NCBI GenBank assembly: GCA_965200965.1
Contig: OZ241744.1
Location: 2,016,001-2,080,000 of the forward strand
DNA: 64,000 nucleotides
Direction of reading: 5' to 3'
DNA from: an uncultured Candidatus Binatia bacterium
GTDB taxonomy: Bacteria; Desulfobacterota; Binatia; Bin18
Part shown: positions 19,050 to 29,030 of the stretch, one piece after another
How the letters are laid out: each line of letters opens with the position of its first letter
How positions within the stretch are numbered: the first letter of the stretch is position 1
Notes under the pieces: model-generated
The model's database searches: none
The model's input: the letters and a program-made list of their open reading frames with translations, nothing else
Told to the model about the DNA's origin: nothing
Translations under genes and position numbers: made by a program

Positions 19050-21362
19050 TCACTGCACGCCTGATGCAGCGAATACCCTGAACATCCGCTCCGCCAAGTC
19101 GCAGTAGTCTTGGTCTCTCTCAATACAAACGACCTCTATTCCTTCGCCACATAGCGCTCTTGCGGTCGTCCCACTTCCTCCGAAAGGATCAAGGACAATT
19201 GCCCCAGGAGCCATAAGCGGAGCAAGAAGAGCCGGCACTTCTAGTGGAAATGGTGCAGTATGACCGTGCAGGTTTTCCCCGCGTATCATTTTCAAGACCG
19301 GTTGAGATCTAAGTACACTAGGCAATATCCGGCACCTATCCTTCGTCCTGGAGCGGGTCTCCTCTTCGGGTTTACCGAATACGAGGACATGTTCCCAACA
19401 GTTAAAAGGAGATTGATAGTAGGGAGAAAAATTTCCACCGTTGAAGGCGCGTTTCCCCTCAATCTCACCTTTGTCCCATACAACATTACCGTATAGGGCG
19501 AATCCGGCGCGGCGAAAGAGGTCGGATAACATTGAGCTAAGCACCAACCTCTTATTGGCCATAGCGGAAAATGTAATCGATCTTTCGTTGTCAAAATTAT
19601 CGAAGATGTTGAACAGAAAAAAGGCTCCCGGTTTTAGAACGCGATAGCATTCTTTGATAACTCCAAACATATCATAGAGGTAGCAGTAGATATTCGGCCA
19701 CTGAGCATATTCACGCGCATTATAGTATGGGGGAGACGTCACCACACCGTCAAAATGATCGTTGTCAAACGAGCAAAGCGTAGCGCGTGCATCCCCATGA
19801 ATCAGTTTGAACGGGCCAATATGGACCGAACGAATTCCGGGAACGAATGCTTCTGAATCCTCGTGAGCGGCAACGTATCTGTGGAACCATGCTGAATCAA
19901 AGAATAAATTGGCAATCTTGCGCTGACCAGAAGATTCAATGTCATGCCACTGGACTTTTCTGCCAAAAAGACCAGAGGATTTATTCGTACCAAACCCGAA
20001 AAAATGTAAACAATCTCCGTGAAGGGAATAGCAGCGAACAAGCATCTCAATGACTTCTGCTGGTTCCCTAGCAATTTGGACGTCACGAGCCCAGCCCCTT
20101 ACGATATCGGCCGGAATTAGGTTTTCCGGAGACGCAATGGCCTCCTGCATCAGAAGAGATTTGAACGAGTATCTCTTTCCACGATTATATTTGCTTCTAT
20201 CTGGGCAGAGTAGATTTCTACATTCCCAACTGCGAACACCAAGTGTTGAGTAGGAGTTTCCCCGTACATCTCGAGATCGGCAAGCGGGGCATGGTATCAG
20301 TGTTTCGTCGCGTTGGTTCTTCTGAAATAAGAGCAACAGGCTTTCTGAACCGAACGTCGAATCCGCTGAGTGGCAGAGGACGAAGCAATCTCTGTATGTA
20401 AACCCCTCGTTTGCTAGATCAAATTTCGCTTTCTCGAAATTCAGGTTGCGGATATAAGAAATGGTCTCGCGGGCGACCCGTCGATGTCTGAAATACCCGC
20501 GTTCTAAGACAACCTGAGCAAACTTCTCAGCAAAGAGTTTGACACATTCAGCGAGCTGCCAAGTCATAATTTTATTTTCACTATTGAAACGCAGAGGATC
20601 TATCCAGATGGCGAGATAGCCGTAGTTGTTTAGTTTTGAGTAGCTACGCCTTATCATCTCCATAATCTCAGATTCAAGTGATGCATAATCACCGAATCGT
20701 TTAGAGATAGTGGAATCTATACGAATGACTTCCAAGGTATGATCACGATTATGCAACTTCGGTCGATTTGTGCGAAGCTGAAGCCAGAACGACACTTCAT
20801 ACTGCTTAGGTGAATACTCATCGTCGAAGTAGCTGTGTAGGACTTCCTCCTCCGCGAAAGAGAAAACGAAAGAAGAAAGCGCTGCTAGAAGGATATCTCG
20901 CCCGATCGGTCGCTCACCTATCTTTCTTCGGAGTTTTGAAGGATCGGCTATTTCGTTAGCAAAGGCTTTGATCGTCGTGTCGCGGCTAATGGGGCGAAAC
21001 TGCTTGATTAGCGCCTTTTTCATTAACCGATCTACGCCCTTCTCTTGCAGCACACGAACGAAAGTCGGGCCGTCGGATAGATCGAAAGCCTGCTGAATTA
21101 CCTCTTTCTCGTGATAATTGAAGGTAGTGCCATACTTTGCCGCCGTTGCGTAGACGGCAGCAGCTAGGGTCTGATTCAAGCGAAATTTCCGGTTGATATG
21201 TGCTAGTAGCCGTCGTGTTCGTTCATAGGTGCATCGCAGAGGCTTGGATTCGAGGAACTTACATAAATCGGTCAAAGCCGCCCTGTACTCGGTCGTTAGC
21301 TGGGGCTCGAAAGTAGTGATCTGCTCGAACTCAGCGAGTACTTTCTGGAAGAGAGTGGTCAT
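19050..21362 (-). CDS. Large beta-class N4-C/N6-A DNA methyltransferase (770 aa)
   Basis: C-terminal VTSPPY precedes HTAPFP and LDPFGGSGTT; CPAC...CRNLLC Zn ribbon in the middle. Confidence 0.88.
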   Translation of the reverse strand: MTTLFQKVLAEFEQITTFEPQLTTEYRAALTDLCKFLESKPLRCTYERTRRLLAHINRKFRLNQTLAAAVYATAAKYGTTFNYHEKEVIQQAFDLSDGPTFVRVLQEKGVDRLMKKALIKQFRPISRDTTIKAFANEIADPSKLRRKIGERPIGRDILLAALSSFVFSFAEEEVLHSYFDDEYSPKQYEVSFWLQLRTNRPKLHNRDHTLEVIRIDSTISKRFGDYASLESEIMEMIRRSYSKLNNYGYLAIWIDPLRFNSENKIMTWQLAECVKLFAEKFAQVVLERGYFRHRRVARETISYIRNLNFEKAKFDLANEGFTYRDCFVLCHSADSTFGSESLLLLFQKNQRDETLIPCPACRSRDVRGNSYSTLGVRSWECRNLLCPDRSKYNRGKRYSFKSLLMQEAIASPENLIPADIVRGWARDVQIAREPAEVIEMLVRCYSLHGDCLHFFGFGTNKSSGLFGRKVQWHDIESSGQRKIANLFFDSAWFHRYVAAHEDSEAFVPGIRSVHIGPFKLIHGDARATLCSFDNDHFDGVVTSPPYYNAREYAQWPNIYCYLYDMFGVIKECYRVLKPGAFFLFNIFDNFDNERSITFSAMANKRLVLSSMLSDLFRRAGFALYGNVVWDKGEIEGKRAFNGGNFSPYYQSPFNCWEHVLVFGKPEEETRSRTKDRCRILPSVLRSQPVLKMIRGENLHGHTAPFPLEVPALLAPLMAPGAIVLDPFGGSGTTARALCGEGIEVVCIERDQDYCDLAERMFRVFAASGVQ

Positions 21363-21524
21363 CTTGTTCTACATCCCATCAGACCAAATCGCCCTACGTT
21401 GTAGCGATTTATTCATCACGAAATTCGTTGCTTTCCTCATTATCGTCCTTTCCTTTCTTCTTGACTGTCACCGCCACCCTCATCTGTAACCTTCTCTTTT
21501 TCCTGCCTTTCAGACGATTATCCA

Positions 21525-21580
21525 GAACAGCGAGCTCTTATACCATCCACAGAGCTTCCACGCAAGCAAAAAGGACCGGG
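21525..21580. repeat. Right copy of the 56-bp direct repeat; its promoter faces the MTase
   Basis: gaacagcgagctcttataccatccacagagcttccacgcaagcaaaaaggaccggg; -35 at 21560-21565, -10 at 21537-21542 on the minus strand. Confidence 0.95.
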
Positions 21581-21657
21581 TGCAGTACGTCCGACCGGCT
21601 CTTGGCCAACGATGTTGCATCATTTCCAAGCTCGCGGCTTTCCGCTACTACACAAGC

Positions 21658-22638
21658 ATGAACAAGAAATTTGACGTGTACGGCATGGGAAACGCTCTGG
21701 TTGATGTGCAGTTCCAGGTCAGCGAGCAGACCCTGCACGACCTGGGTCTTGACAAGGGTGGCATGCGGCTGGTCGATACGGCCCGGCAAAACCGCCTGCT
21801 GGACCACTGCAAGCATCTGTCTCCGCATCGTGCCAGCGGCGGCTCGGCCGCCAACTCCATGATTGCCATCACCCAGCTTGGCGGTCGGGCGGCCTACGGC
21901 TGCCTGGTCGGCGACGATGAGTTGGGACGCTTTTATTTTGGCGAAATGCAGTCGCTCGGCGTCCGCCTGCCCATCCCGCCCATCAGCGGACAGCCGACCG
22001 GGACATGCATCATCCTCATCACCCCAGACGCCGAGCGGACCATGAACACCTCGCTTGGTGCCAGCGGCGTCTTTGAGGTCGGGCATGTGACCGAAGACGC
22101 GCTCAAACAGGCCACTTGGCTCTATCTGGAGGGCTATTTGTTCTCAACACCCGGCGGTCGAGCCGCGGCCGGCCGGGCGATCGAACTGGCCAGGAAACAT
22201 CGGGCCACCATTGCTCTCACCTTCTCCGACCGCTTCATCGTTGAGGCGTGCGGCGACGCGCTCCGCGCTGCGGTGGCCGAGTGTGACCTGATCTTTGCCA
22301 ACGAACACGAGGCCGGCGCGTATGTCGGCAAAGAGCGGACCGAAGATATCTTTTCGCTCTTCCAACACAGCGCTCCGCAGGTCGTGATGACCCGCGGCGA
22401 ACACGGTGCCTGGGGCAATGTTGGCGGGACGGCGTTTCAGGTCCCCGCAGTTCCCACCCGTGCGCTGGACGCAACCGGTGCCGGCGACATGTTTGCCGGT
22501 GCCTTCCTGTACGCCCTGACCCATCACTACACGCCCGAAGACGCCGCCCGCCTAGCCTGCCGGCTGTCCAGCAAAGTCGTCTCACAGCTCGGGCCGCGCC
22601 TGCACGACGATGTCACGGCCCTGCTGCGCCGCGGCTAA
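21658..22638 (+). CDS. PfkB family carbohydrate kinase, adenosine kinase-like
   Basis: GNALVD, SGGSAANS, TPDAERTM, DATGAGDMFAG. Confidence 0.9.
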   Translation: MNKKFDVYGMGNALVDVQFQVSEQTLHDLGLDKGGMRLVDTARQNRLLDHCKHLSPHRASGGSAANSMIAITQLGGRAAYGCLVGDDELGRFYFGEMQSLGVRLPIPPISGQPTGTCIILITPDAERTMNTSLGASGVFEVGHVTEDALKQATWLYLEGYLFSTPGGRAAAGRAIELARKHRATIALTFSDRFIVEACGDALRAAVAECDLIFANEHEAGAYVGKERTEDIFSLFQHSAPQVVMTRGEHGAWGNVGGTAFQVPAVPTRALDATGAGDMFAGAFLYALTHHYTPEDAARLACRLSSKVVSQLGPRLHDDVTALLRRG

Positions 22639-22695
22639 ACGCGCACACCTTCTCAGGTCAATTCCCGCACTTGGCGCAGACCCTGGGGGTTCCTG

Positions 22696-23295
22696 TCACG
22701 AGCCGGGGGTGCTCAGCCCCGTCCAGTGCCGATACTCCTGCGGGGTATCAATATCGGCCACAACGCCGGGGTCGTTGAGCGAAACGGGCCGAACGCGGGC
22801 GGGGTCTTTACGCACGACCACTTTGGCCCCCTGATCCAGCGGAGCGGCCAGCAGCTCTGCATAGACTTGGCGGGAGAACAAGACCGGATGGCCACGCTTG
22901 CCCCGGTAGGTGGCAATACTGATCGGGACGGGAGCGGCCCGAAACGAAGCAATGAGCGCGGCGATGGTCTCCGCCCTCACCAGCGGATGGTCAACCAGGT
23001 TCACTACCGCGGCATCACTGGTGGGCGACAGCGCCCGCAGCCCGCAGCCCAGAGAGGACAGCTGGCCCAGCGTATAGTGCGGATTGACGACCGTGCGCAG
23101 GGCCGGATGCCGGGGCAGCGCGGGCCGCAGCCTGGACTCCCAGGCACCGAGCACCACGATCAGTTCCTCGACCTCGGCGCTGAAAAAAGCCCTGCAACTC
23201 CGCTCAAGAAAAGTCTGGCCGTGGCAGGGCAGGAGCGCCTTAGGCGATCCCATGCGGCGGGACTCGCCGGCGGCCAGAAGAATTCCCGAGGTCAT
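22696..23295 (-). CDS. mocA: Molybdenum cofactor cytidylyltransferase-like nucleotidyltransferase
   Basis: LAAGESRRMG.PKALL, GQLSS, VDHP, GHPVLF, DIDTP; next to xdhC. Confidence 0.8.
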   Translation of the reverse strand: MTSGILLAAGESRRMGSPKALLPCHGQTFLERSCRAFFSAEVEELIVVLGAWESRLRPALPRHPALRTVVNPHYTLGQLSSLGCGLRALSPTSDAAVVNLVDHPLVRAETIAALIASFRAAPVPISIATYRGKRGHPVLFSRQVYAELLAAPLDQGAKVVVRKDPARVRPVSLNDPGVVADIDTPQEYRHWTGLSTPGS

Positions 23296-24464
23296 GGGCT
23301 GGCCGGAGTTGAGCCGCCAAATTTCAACGGTCCGCTCGAGCGTGCTTTGGCGGCCAGCGGCAGCGTCTCCAGCGGCCCGTTACGGCGCACCCGGACGATC
23401 TCAGCCGCAATCGCCACGGCAATTTCGGCCGGCGTCTCAGCCGCAATATCCAGGCCCATAGGGGTGTGGACGCGGCTCAACTGCTGAAGGCTGAAGCCCT
23501 GCTCGGCCAGCCGCTCCAGGGTGGTTTTTGCCCGGCGTTTGCTCCCGATCATGCCGATATAGGCCGGGGTCTTGTTCAGCGCAGCCCGCACCGACTCCTC
23601 GTCATGCACATGGCCGCGGGTGACTACCACGACAAAGGTCCGGTCGTTGATGTCGAGGCTTTCCATCACCTGACCAAAGGGACCGACCCGGATATCGGCC
23701 GCGTGGGGAAAACGCTCAGCATTGGCAAACATCCATCGATCATCAACCACAATCGTCCGAAACCCCATCAGGTGAGCAATCTCACATAGCGGCTGGGCAA
23801 TATGGCCGGCACCGACAATAATCAGGGTTTGCTGACCCGACTGGACATCAACAAAGACCTTGGGCCAGTTGTGCCGGCGGGCGGCGACCTCTTCCACGGC
23901 CTGGCCCTGGGGCGAGACCACAAACAGCCGGGACTTGCCATCTGCAACAGAAGAGCTGAAGGCATCCACAAGAGTTTGGTCAAGCGCCAGAGCCGGGCCC
24001 GGGGCAGGGCCGCCGCGGCCCACCGACAGACACCCCTTGGCCCCCGGGCTGAGGCTGCCGTTGACCGGCTCCAGAGCCGTTACCAGCGCCGTTGGCCGCC
24101 GCGCCCGGCTCGCCTCGGCCAGAGCATGGGCCAGCTGGCGGTGCTCGTCGGGCCGCCACACGTCAAGGGCCACATCCATCAGTCCGCCACAGACCTGAAT
24201 CACGTCCTGATCAAAATCGCCGGTCAGGTCAACCTCGACTATGCGCGGCGCTAAGTTTTGCTGCAACACCGGATAGGCCCGGCGCAACACCTCGCCCTCC
24301 CCACACCCGCCACCAATTGTGCCAAACGGCTGGCCGTCGGGCGGGACAATCATCTTGGCCCCGACCTCGCGCGGGACAGAGCCTCGCGTGCGGATAATGG
24401 TCGCTAGGACAAACGGCTGGCCGTCAGCCAGCAAGGCTTCGGCGCGGTCCCATAAATCATCCAT
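23292..24464 (-). CDS. xdhC: XdhC/CoxI family Mo-enzyme maturation factor
   Basis: GSVPREVGAKM, GTIGGGCGE, CGG, GAGHIA, YIGMIGS, P.GLDI.AETPAEIA. Confidence 0.9.
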   Translation of the reverse strand: MDDLWDRAEALLADGQPFVLATIIRTRGSVPREVGAKMIVPPDGQPFGTIGGGCGEGEVLRRAYPVLQQNLAPRIVEVDLTGDFDQDVIQVCGGLMDVALDVWRPDEHRQLAHALAEASRARRPTALVTALEPVNGSLSPGAKGCLSVGRGGPAPGPALALDQTLVDAFSSSVADGKSRLFVVSPQGQAVEEVAARRHNWPKVFVDVQSGQQTLIIVGAGHIAQPLCEIAHLMGFRTIVVDDRWMFANAERFPHAADIRVGPFGQVMESLDINDRTFVVVVTRGHVHDEESVRAALNKTPAYIGMIGSKRRAKTTLERLAEQGFSLQQLSRVHTPMGLDIAAETPAEIAVAIAAEIVRVRRNGPLETLPLAAKARSSGPLKFGGSTPASP

Positions 24465-24573
24465 AGCGTCTCAATCCTCTCCATCGCTGCCCAGAACCAG
24501 CATATGCCCGGGCGAGAAAAAAGAACAGACCTGACACATTGCCGACCCTCACCCCCTGCCGTATGCTGAGCCT

Positions 24574-25617
24574 ATGAAGCTGCGGGTGGTGTGTCAAGAA
24601 CACGTTTTGCCCGGCCTCAGCCTAGCCAGCGACCGGTTCTTTTTGCAAACGGTGGACAACACCGCAGTCCTGCGGGTGTACACCCATCCGGGCGACGTGG
24701 TGGTACTCGGCCGCTACCACCCTGTCGCACGCCTGAGCGCGACCGACCGGGTGACTGTCACCCGCCGTCTGAGCGGCGGACGGGTCATGCCGAGCGGACA
24801 GGGCTTTGTCAACTTCTCCCTGATCCTGCCGCACCGCTCGGCCTTTTTTTCGGATGACCCCTTATACCTGGCACCGTTTCAAGTCCTTAATCGCCACGTC
24901 CGCGGCGTCCTGCACGGTTTTAAGACGGCTGGGGTCAAGCTGTTCTACCCGGGCCGGGATTTTCTCACCATTGACCGTCTGCCGGTTGGCTGGGTGTCGT
25001 TCAGCAGTGAACAAAACGGAGCAGCGCTCGTCGAGGGCAGCCTGGCTGTTCGGCGCGATTTCAGCCTCCTGCCCTCCCTGCTGGACAGGGTTGATCCGCA
25101 CGGCACGATCGCCAGCCAATTTTTCGCCCCCGAGCAGGTCACCAGTCTGGAGCGGGTGGCCGGCAGGCCACCGTCGCTGGCCCGGGTGACTCGTCTCTTG
25201 CAACACGGATTTTCTCACTTGGCTGCGAGCTGTGTCCGCCAAGACCTGAGTCAGACCGAGCAGGAGCGTATCGCCCGCTTGGCCCGTACAGCCGCGGCCG
25301 AAAACTGGCTCTCCAGTTCGCCGGCCCGCACCGAGCTGCCCTTTCAGCCCAGCGTCCCCACCCCCCTCGGTCGCCTGATCATCGGTTTTAGCGTGACGCC
25401 TCAACGGACCCTCTCAGCGCTGTGTCTGAGCGGAGATTTTATCGCGCCGGCCCACACCGTGAGGAGCCTCCAGGCCCGCCTCAGCGGACAGCCGGTGGTC
25501 TATCCTGCCCTTGAACGGGCGGTGGACCAGCTCTTCCTGCACCCCGATCATTATCTCTTAGGCCCCAAGCATATCCAGGTCATTCCACAAACCATCGTAC
25601 ACGCCTATGGCCTGTAG
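24574..25617 (+). CDS. Lipoate-protein ligase A-like protein
   Basis: VVLGRY, RRLSGG and a C-terminal LSGDF domain; catalytic Lys not evident. Confidence 0.7.
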   Translation: MKLRVVCQEHVLPGLSLASDRFFLQTVDNTAVLRVYTHPGDVVVLGRYHPVARLSATDRVTVTRRLSGGRVMPSGQGFVNFSLILPHRSAFFSDDPLYLAPFQVLNRHVRGVLHGFKTAGVKLFYPGRDFLTIDRLPVGWVSFSSEQNGAALVEGSLAVRRDFSLLPSLLDRVDPHGTIASQFFAPEQVTSLERVAGRPPSLARVTRLLQHGFSHLAASCVRQDLSQTEQERIARLARTAAAENWLSSSPARTELPFQPSVPTPLGRLIIGFSVTPQRTLSALCLSGDFIAPAHTVRSLQARLSGQPVVYPALERAVDQLFLHPDHYLLGPKHIQVIPQTIVHAYGL

Positions 25618-26431
25618 CCGTCTGTCTCGCCAGCTCAGCTTAGACAACCCCCGTACCCGCCTGGCCGGCCTGACCGAGTTGCAACAGGCCAGCGACGACC
25701 TCGTCCTGCCGCCGCAGGTGGTAGACAGTCTGCTCGGCTGCCTAGGCGACCACCACAAAGCCGTCCAACGCGGGGCCGCCCAGCAGCTGGTCCGTTTCTC
25801 TCCCCGTCAGCCGGCCATTGTCGAGGCGCTGTCTGACAAACTGACCGACCCCCAGCCCCGCATCCGCTGGACAGCCGCCTACACCCTGTCCCAACTCCCG
25901 CTGCCCGACCCCCGGCCCCTGCCGGCCCTGCTTGAAAACCTGGGCCATCAGGAGAGCGACCTGCGCTGGGCAGCCGCCACCGCCCTGCTCCAGCTCGCCA
26001 GAGACCATCCGGTGGCGCTGACCAAGCTGCTTGATATGGCCGGCAGCGGCAATCCGGTTCAACGCCGCATGGCGCTCTATTGTCTGCGGGACGCTGGCCA
26101 GACAGGGCCGGCGTCCCGACGGGTCTACCTGGCGAGTCTGGGCGACCGGCAGCCCGGCGTGCGGCTGGCCGGCCTGTCGTGCCTCGCCAAATGCCCGCCC
26201 CGCGGGGCCGACATTGAGGCCGCCCTGCTCTCGATTTTGGCAACCGACCCGGATAGCGGCGTACGCCGCGCCAGCGCGGCCGCCCTAGGGCAGCGCGGCT
26301 GCCGCTCGTCGGCGGCCGTGGAGGCATTGGAACAGGCTGCGGGCGGACAAGACCCGAGTCTGGCCCGAGCCGCGGCCGCCGCGCTCAAAAGGCTGTGCCT
26401 GCCAAACATGGACAAAGGCCGGACGTACTGA
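25607..26431 (+). CDS. HEAT-repeat protein
   Basis: Repeated L.D....VR..AA..L motifs. Confidence 0.8.
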   Translation: MACSRLSRQLSLDNPRTRLAGLTELQQASDDLVLPPQVVDSLLGCLGDHHKAVQRGAAQQLVRFSPRQPAIVEALSDKLTDPQPRIRWTAAYTLSQLPLPDPRPLPALLENLGHQESDLRWAAATALLQLARDHPVALTKLLDMAGSGNPVQRRMALYCLRDAGQTGPASRRVYLASLGDRQPGVRLAGLSCLAKCPPRGADIEAALLSILATDPDSGVRRASAAALGQRGCRSSAAVEALEQAAGGQDPSLARAAAAALKRLCLPNMDKGRTY

Positions 26432-26455
26432 CCGCCACAGGGGGAAGAGGACAGT

Positions 26456-28102
26456 TCACCGCTGGAGGAAAAGCCCGGCCATGAATCTGAAATCCACCTC
26501 GGGCAGATCGATAATTTCTTGCAACTCGGGGCGGGCAGCCTCGGCCAAGACCCGCATGGCCGTCTCCTCGTCCGCACTCCAGGCCAGATGTCTGGCCGCC
26601 AAGTTCACAAACTCCGCGTACTGCTCAGCAAAAGGCGTGTCCGCAAACATCCGCTGAAAATCCTCCACCTCCGTCCGCCCCAGCGGCTGAATGGCAAACT
26701 CGTGGGCTGCCACCCAATTGATAAAAGCCGTGTTCCACACTGCTTCCAGGCTGAGCACCCGGGCTGCCGGGCTGTCTGCGGCATCGATCCACAGCCGCAG
26801 CGCGGCAAACCAGAGCGGGATATGGGCCAGGACGGTTTCAACCCGCCGCACATCGGCCAGAGTCCGAAAACATCGGTACAGCACCTCGCCCGGCGTGTCC
26901 AGACCCTCAAAAAAGACCGGCCTGGGCCGTCGCACGCCGGCCCAGGTTTCACGGAAAGGCGTATCCACCGAGCGTTGCCAGTCCGCCCTGCCCTCCTTTT
27001 GCAGGACCGTGTCCAAGTGTCTGGACTGCCGATACAGGCCCAGCACCAGGCTCCAGCCGATCTGGAAAAAAGCGTGGAGCCGGGTGTCATGCACCAACTC
27101 GGCGGCTTGGGCCGGGTCGCCCCCGGCGGCATATTCAAGCCCGATATTCAGCACGTCATGCACCAACTCGGCGCAGCGGCGGACCTCGCTCAGCTCTCCG
27201 GTATCACACGCCTCGGCCATGACCACATGGTTGGTCAGATAGGCCAACTCCGCGCTCAGCTGCTCCCGGATAGCCGGATCAACGGCCGCCAGGGCAGCCC
27301 CAAAAAAGGAGTGCGGTTCAGACACCAGGAGCGCGGCGTGGTCAGGCGGGATGAACTCTTCCGCGTCGGCAAAGCGCAGCGGCCGGAGTCCTGCCCGCGG
27401 GTATTGCTCGGGCCGCACCGTGTGGGGTGGGACGGTCCGAAAGATCTCCCGTGCCTGCTCAAAGTCGGGATAGCCCCGGTCGGCCAGACGCGCCGTCCGC
27501 CAGCGCAGGGCTTCTTCTTCGAGCTGCGCCTCCAACTCAAACAAGCTCTGCTCCAGGATATGGGTATAAAACCGATAATCGAGAACCCGCAGCCGCTCCA
27601 GGAGCAGGGCGACAATCGGCTCCTCATCCCCGACAAAACGCAACAGGTATTGGTCGTCAAAGCTGAAATAGTGGCCGGGATGAAAATCGGACGCATCTTC
27701 AACCTCGGCCTTGCGCACTACCTCAAGGGAGCGCTTGACCAGCCACACCAGCAGCTCGACATCGGCCTGCAAGGCCCACTCGGCCAGCTTGCCGCTGCCG
27801 GCCTCGTCCAGAAACATCAGCCAGCTCAGAATCCGCCTGGCGTCCAAACGGTCCTTGTGCCAGCAGTCCAGGTCCATCATGTCCCGCACCTGCTCGGCCG
27901 AGGCCAGCCCCAGCAGCCCGACTGCGTCGCTCAGGCCGATCTCTTTGAGGGTGTACAGCAGGCTCTCGGCCGACAGACTGCGGGCCAAGGCCAAGCTGTG
28001 GGGCGAGGCCAGGATGCGTTCCTGGCGACTTTTGGCCGGCAGGCCGCTGAGTTGGCTGAGCTGCTCGTGGAGCGCGGAGCGGTGTGTGGCGGGGGTGGCC
28101 AT
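26456..28102 (-). CDS. Conserved hypothetical protein, DUF6178-like
   Basis: LKEIGL.D, DLDCW, EEEALRWR..RLAD.G.P. Confidence 0.65.
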   Translation of the reverse strand: MATPATHRSALHEQLSQLSGLPAKSRQERILASPHSLALARSLSAESLLYTLKEIGLSDAVGLLGLASAEQVRDMMDLDCWHKDRLDARRILSWLMFLDEAGSGKLAEWALQADVELLVWLVKRSLEVVRKAEVEDASDFHPGHYFSFDDQYLLRFVGDEEPIVALLLERLRVLDYRFYTHILEQSLFELEAQLEEEALRWRTARLADRGYPDFEQAREIFRTVPPHTVRPEQYPRAGLRPLRFADAEEFIPPDHAALLVSEPHSFFGAALAAVDPAIREQLSAELAYLTNHVVMAEACDTGELSEVRRCAELVHDVLNIGLEYAAGGDPAQAAELVHDTRLHAFFQIGWSLVLGLYRQSRHLDTVLQKEGRADWQRSVDTPFRETWAGVRRPRPVFFEGLDTPGEVLYRCFRTLADVRRVETVLAHIPLWFAALRLWIDAADSPAARVLSLEAVWNTAFINWVAAHEFAIQPLGRTEVEDFQRMFADTPFAEQYAEFVNLAARHLAWSADEETAMRVLAEAARPELQEIIDLPEVDFRFMAGLFLQR

Positions 28103-28140
28103 GCGGACAGAAAGACACGCGGGCGAGGCGGGCACCGCCG

Positions 28141-29010
28141 CTACTTCCTGGTATACTGATCGATGAACTCGAGCGCCTGATCCCAGCCCAGCAGGCCGTT
28201 GACGAGGTCGTTGAAGGGCAGCATTTCGTGCCACAGCCCCTGGCTTGTGCCGGTCTCTTTGAGCGTCGCGTAGACCTTTTTCATCTGGTAGGCGGCCGCC
28301 AACACCCCAGCGACCGGATAGATGGCAATCCGAAAGCCCATATCGGCCAAGTCCGGTGCAGGCAGGAAGGGTGTTTTGCCGCCCTCGACCATGTTGATCA
28401 GGAGTGGAGGTTCGGAGAAGCGCCGGCAGGCCGCCTCCATCTGCTTGACCGACTCAAAAGCCTCAAAAAACAGGCAGTCGGCCCCGGCTTCGAGAGAGGC
28501 GTCGGCCCGGGCCAGGGCATCGTCAAAGCCGTTGACCGCAATGGCATCAATGCGGGCGATAATCACACTGTCGTCATGGCTGCGGTTTTCGACCGCGACC
28601 CGGATTTTTGTCGCGTGGTCTTCAACCGACACCAAGCGCTTGCCGCCCAAGTGACCACACCGGCGGGGCAGGTCCTGATCCTCAATATGCAGTCCGGCAA
28701 CACCGACCCGTTCGTACTCCTGGACCAGGCGCACAACGTTGAGCAGGCTGCCAAAGCCGGCCTCGGCGTCGGCGATTACCGGGATGTTCACCGCCCGACA
28801 CACCCCTTCCAATTGCATGACCATCTCGGTCAGGGTCCGCATCCCGAAGTCTGGATAGCCGAGCGCCCCGGCCGACACCCCGCCGGAATAATACACCAGG
28901 GGAAAACCGGCCTCTTCAACCAGCCGGGCCGAGATCACGTCATAGGCACCGGCCGCCATAAAGAGCCGATCTTGGGATAACAATGCACGGAGCGATTGAG
29001 CCTGGACCAT
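28141..29010 (-). CDS. Isocitrate lyase/PEP mutase family protein (PrpB-like)
   Basis: ADAEAGFG, IEDQ..PRRCGH, IIAR.DA, NMVEGGKTP. Confidence 0.9.
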   Translation of the reverse strand: MVQAQSLRALLSQDRLFMAAGAYDVISARLVEEAGFPLVYYSGGVSAGALGYPDFGMRTLTEMVMQLEGVCRAVNIPVIADAEAGFGSLLNVVRLVQEYERVGVAGLHIEDQDLPRRCGHLGGKRLVSVEDHATKIRVAVENRSHDDSVIIARIDAIAVNGFDDALARADASLEAGADCLFFEAFESVKQMEAACRRFSEPPLLINMVEGGKTPFLPAPDLADMGFRIAIYPVAGVLAAAYQMKKVYATLKETGTSQGLWHEMLPFNDLVNGLLGWDQALEFIDQYTRK

Positions 29011-29030
29011 GTCGCCCTCCTTTCGGGTTC

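Larger units (their letters stand above)
17435..21580. mobile_element. 4.09-kb defence islet without an integrase
   Basis: Flanking direct repeats, visibly lower GC, restriction-modification-like cargo. Confidence 0.8.

Noticed and set aside
26519-28980. Long antisense ORFs (26519-28159 +, 28084-28980 + and similar elsewhere)
   Set aside because: Shadow ORFs of real genes in GC-rich DNA, with no motifs.
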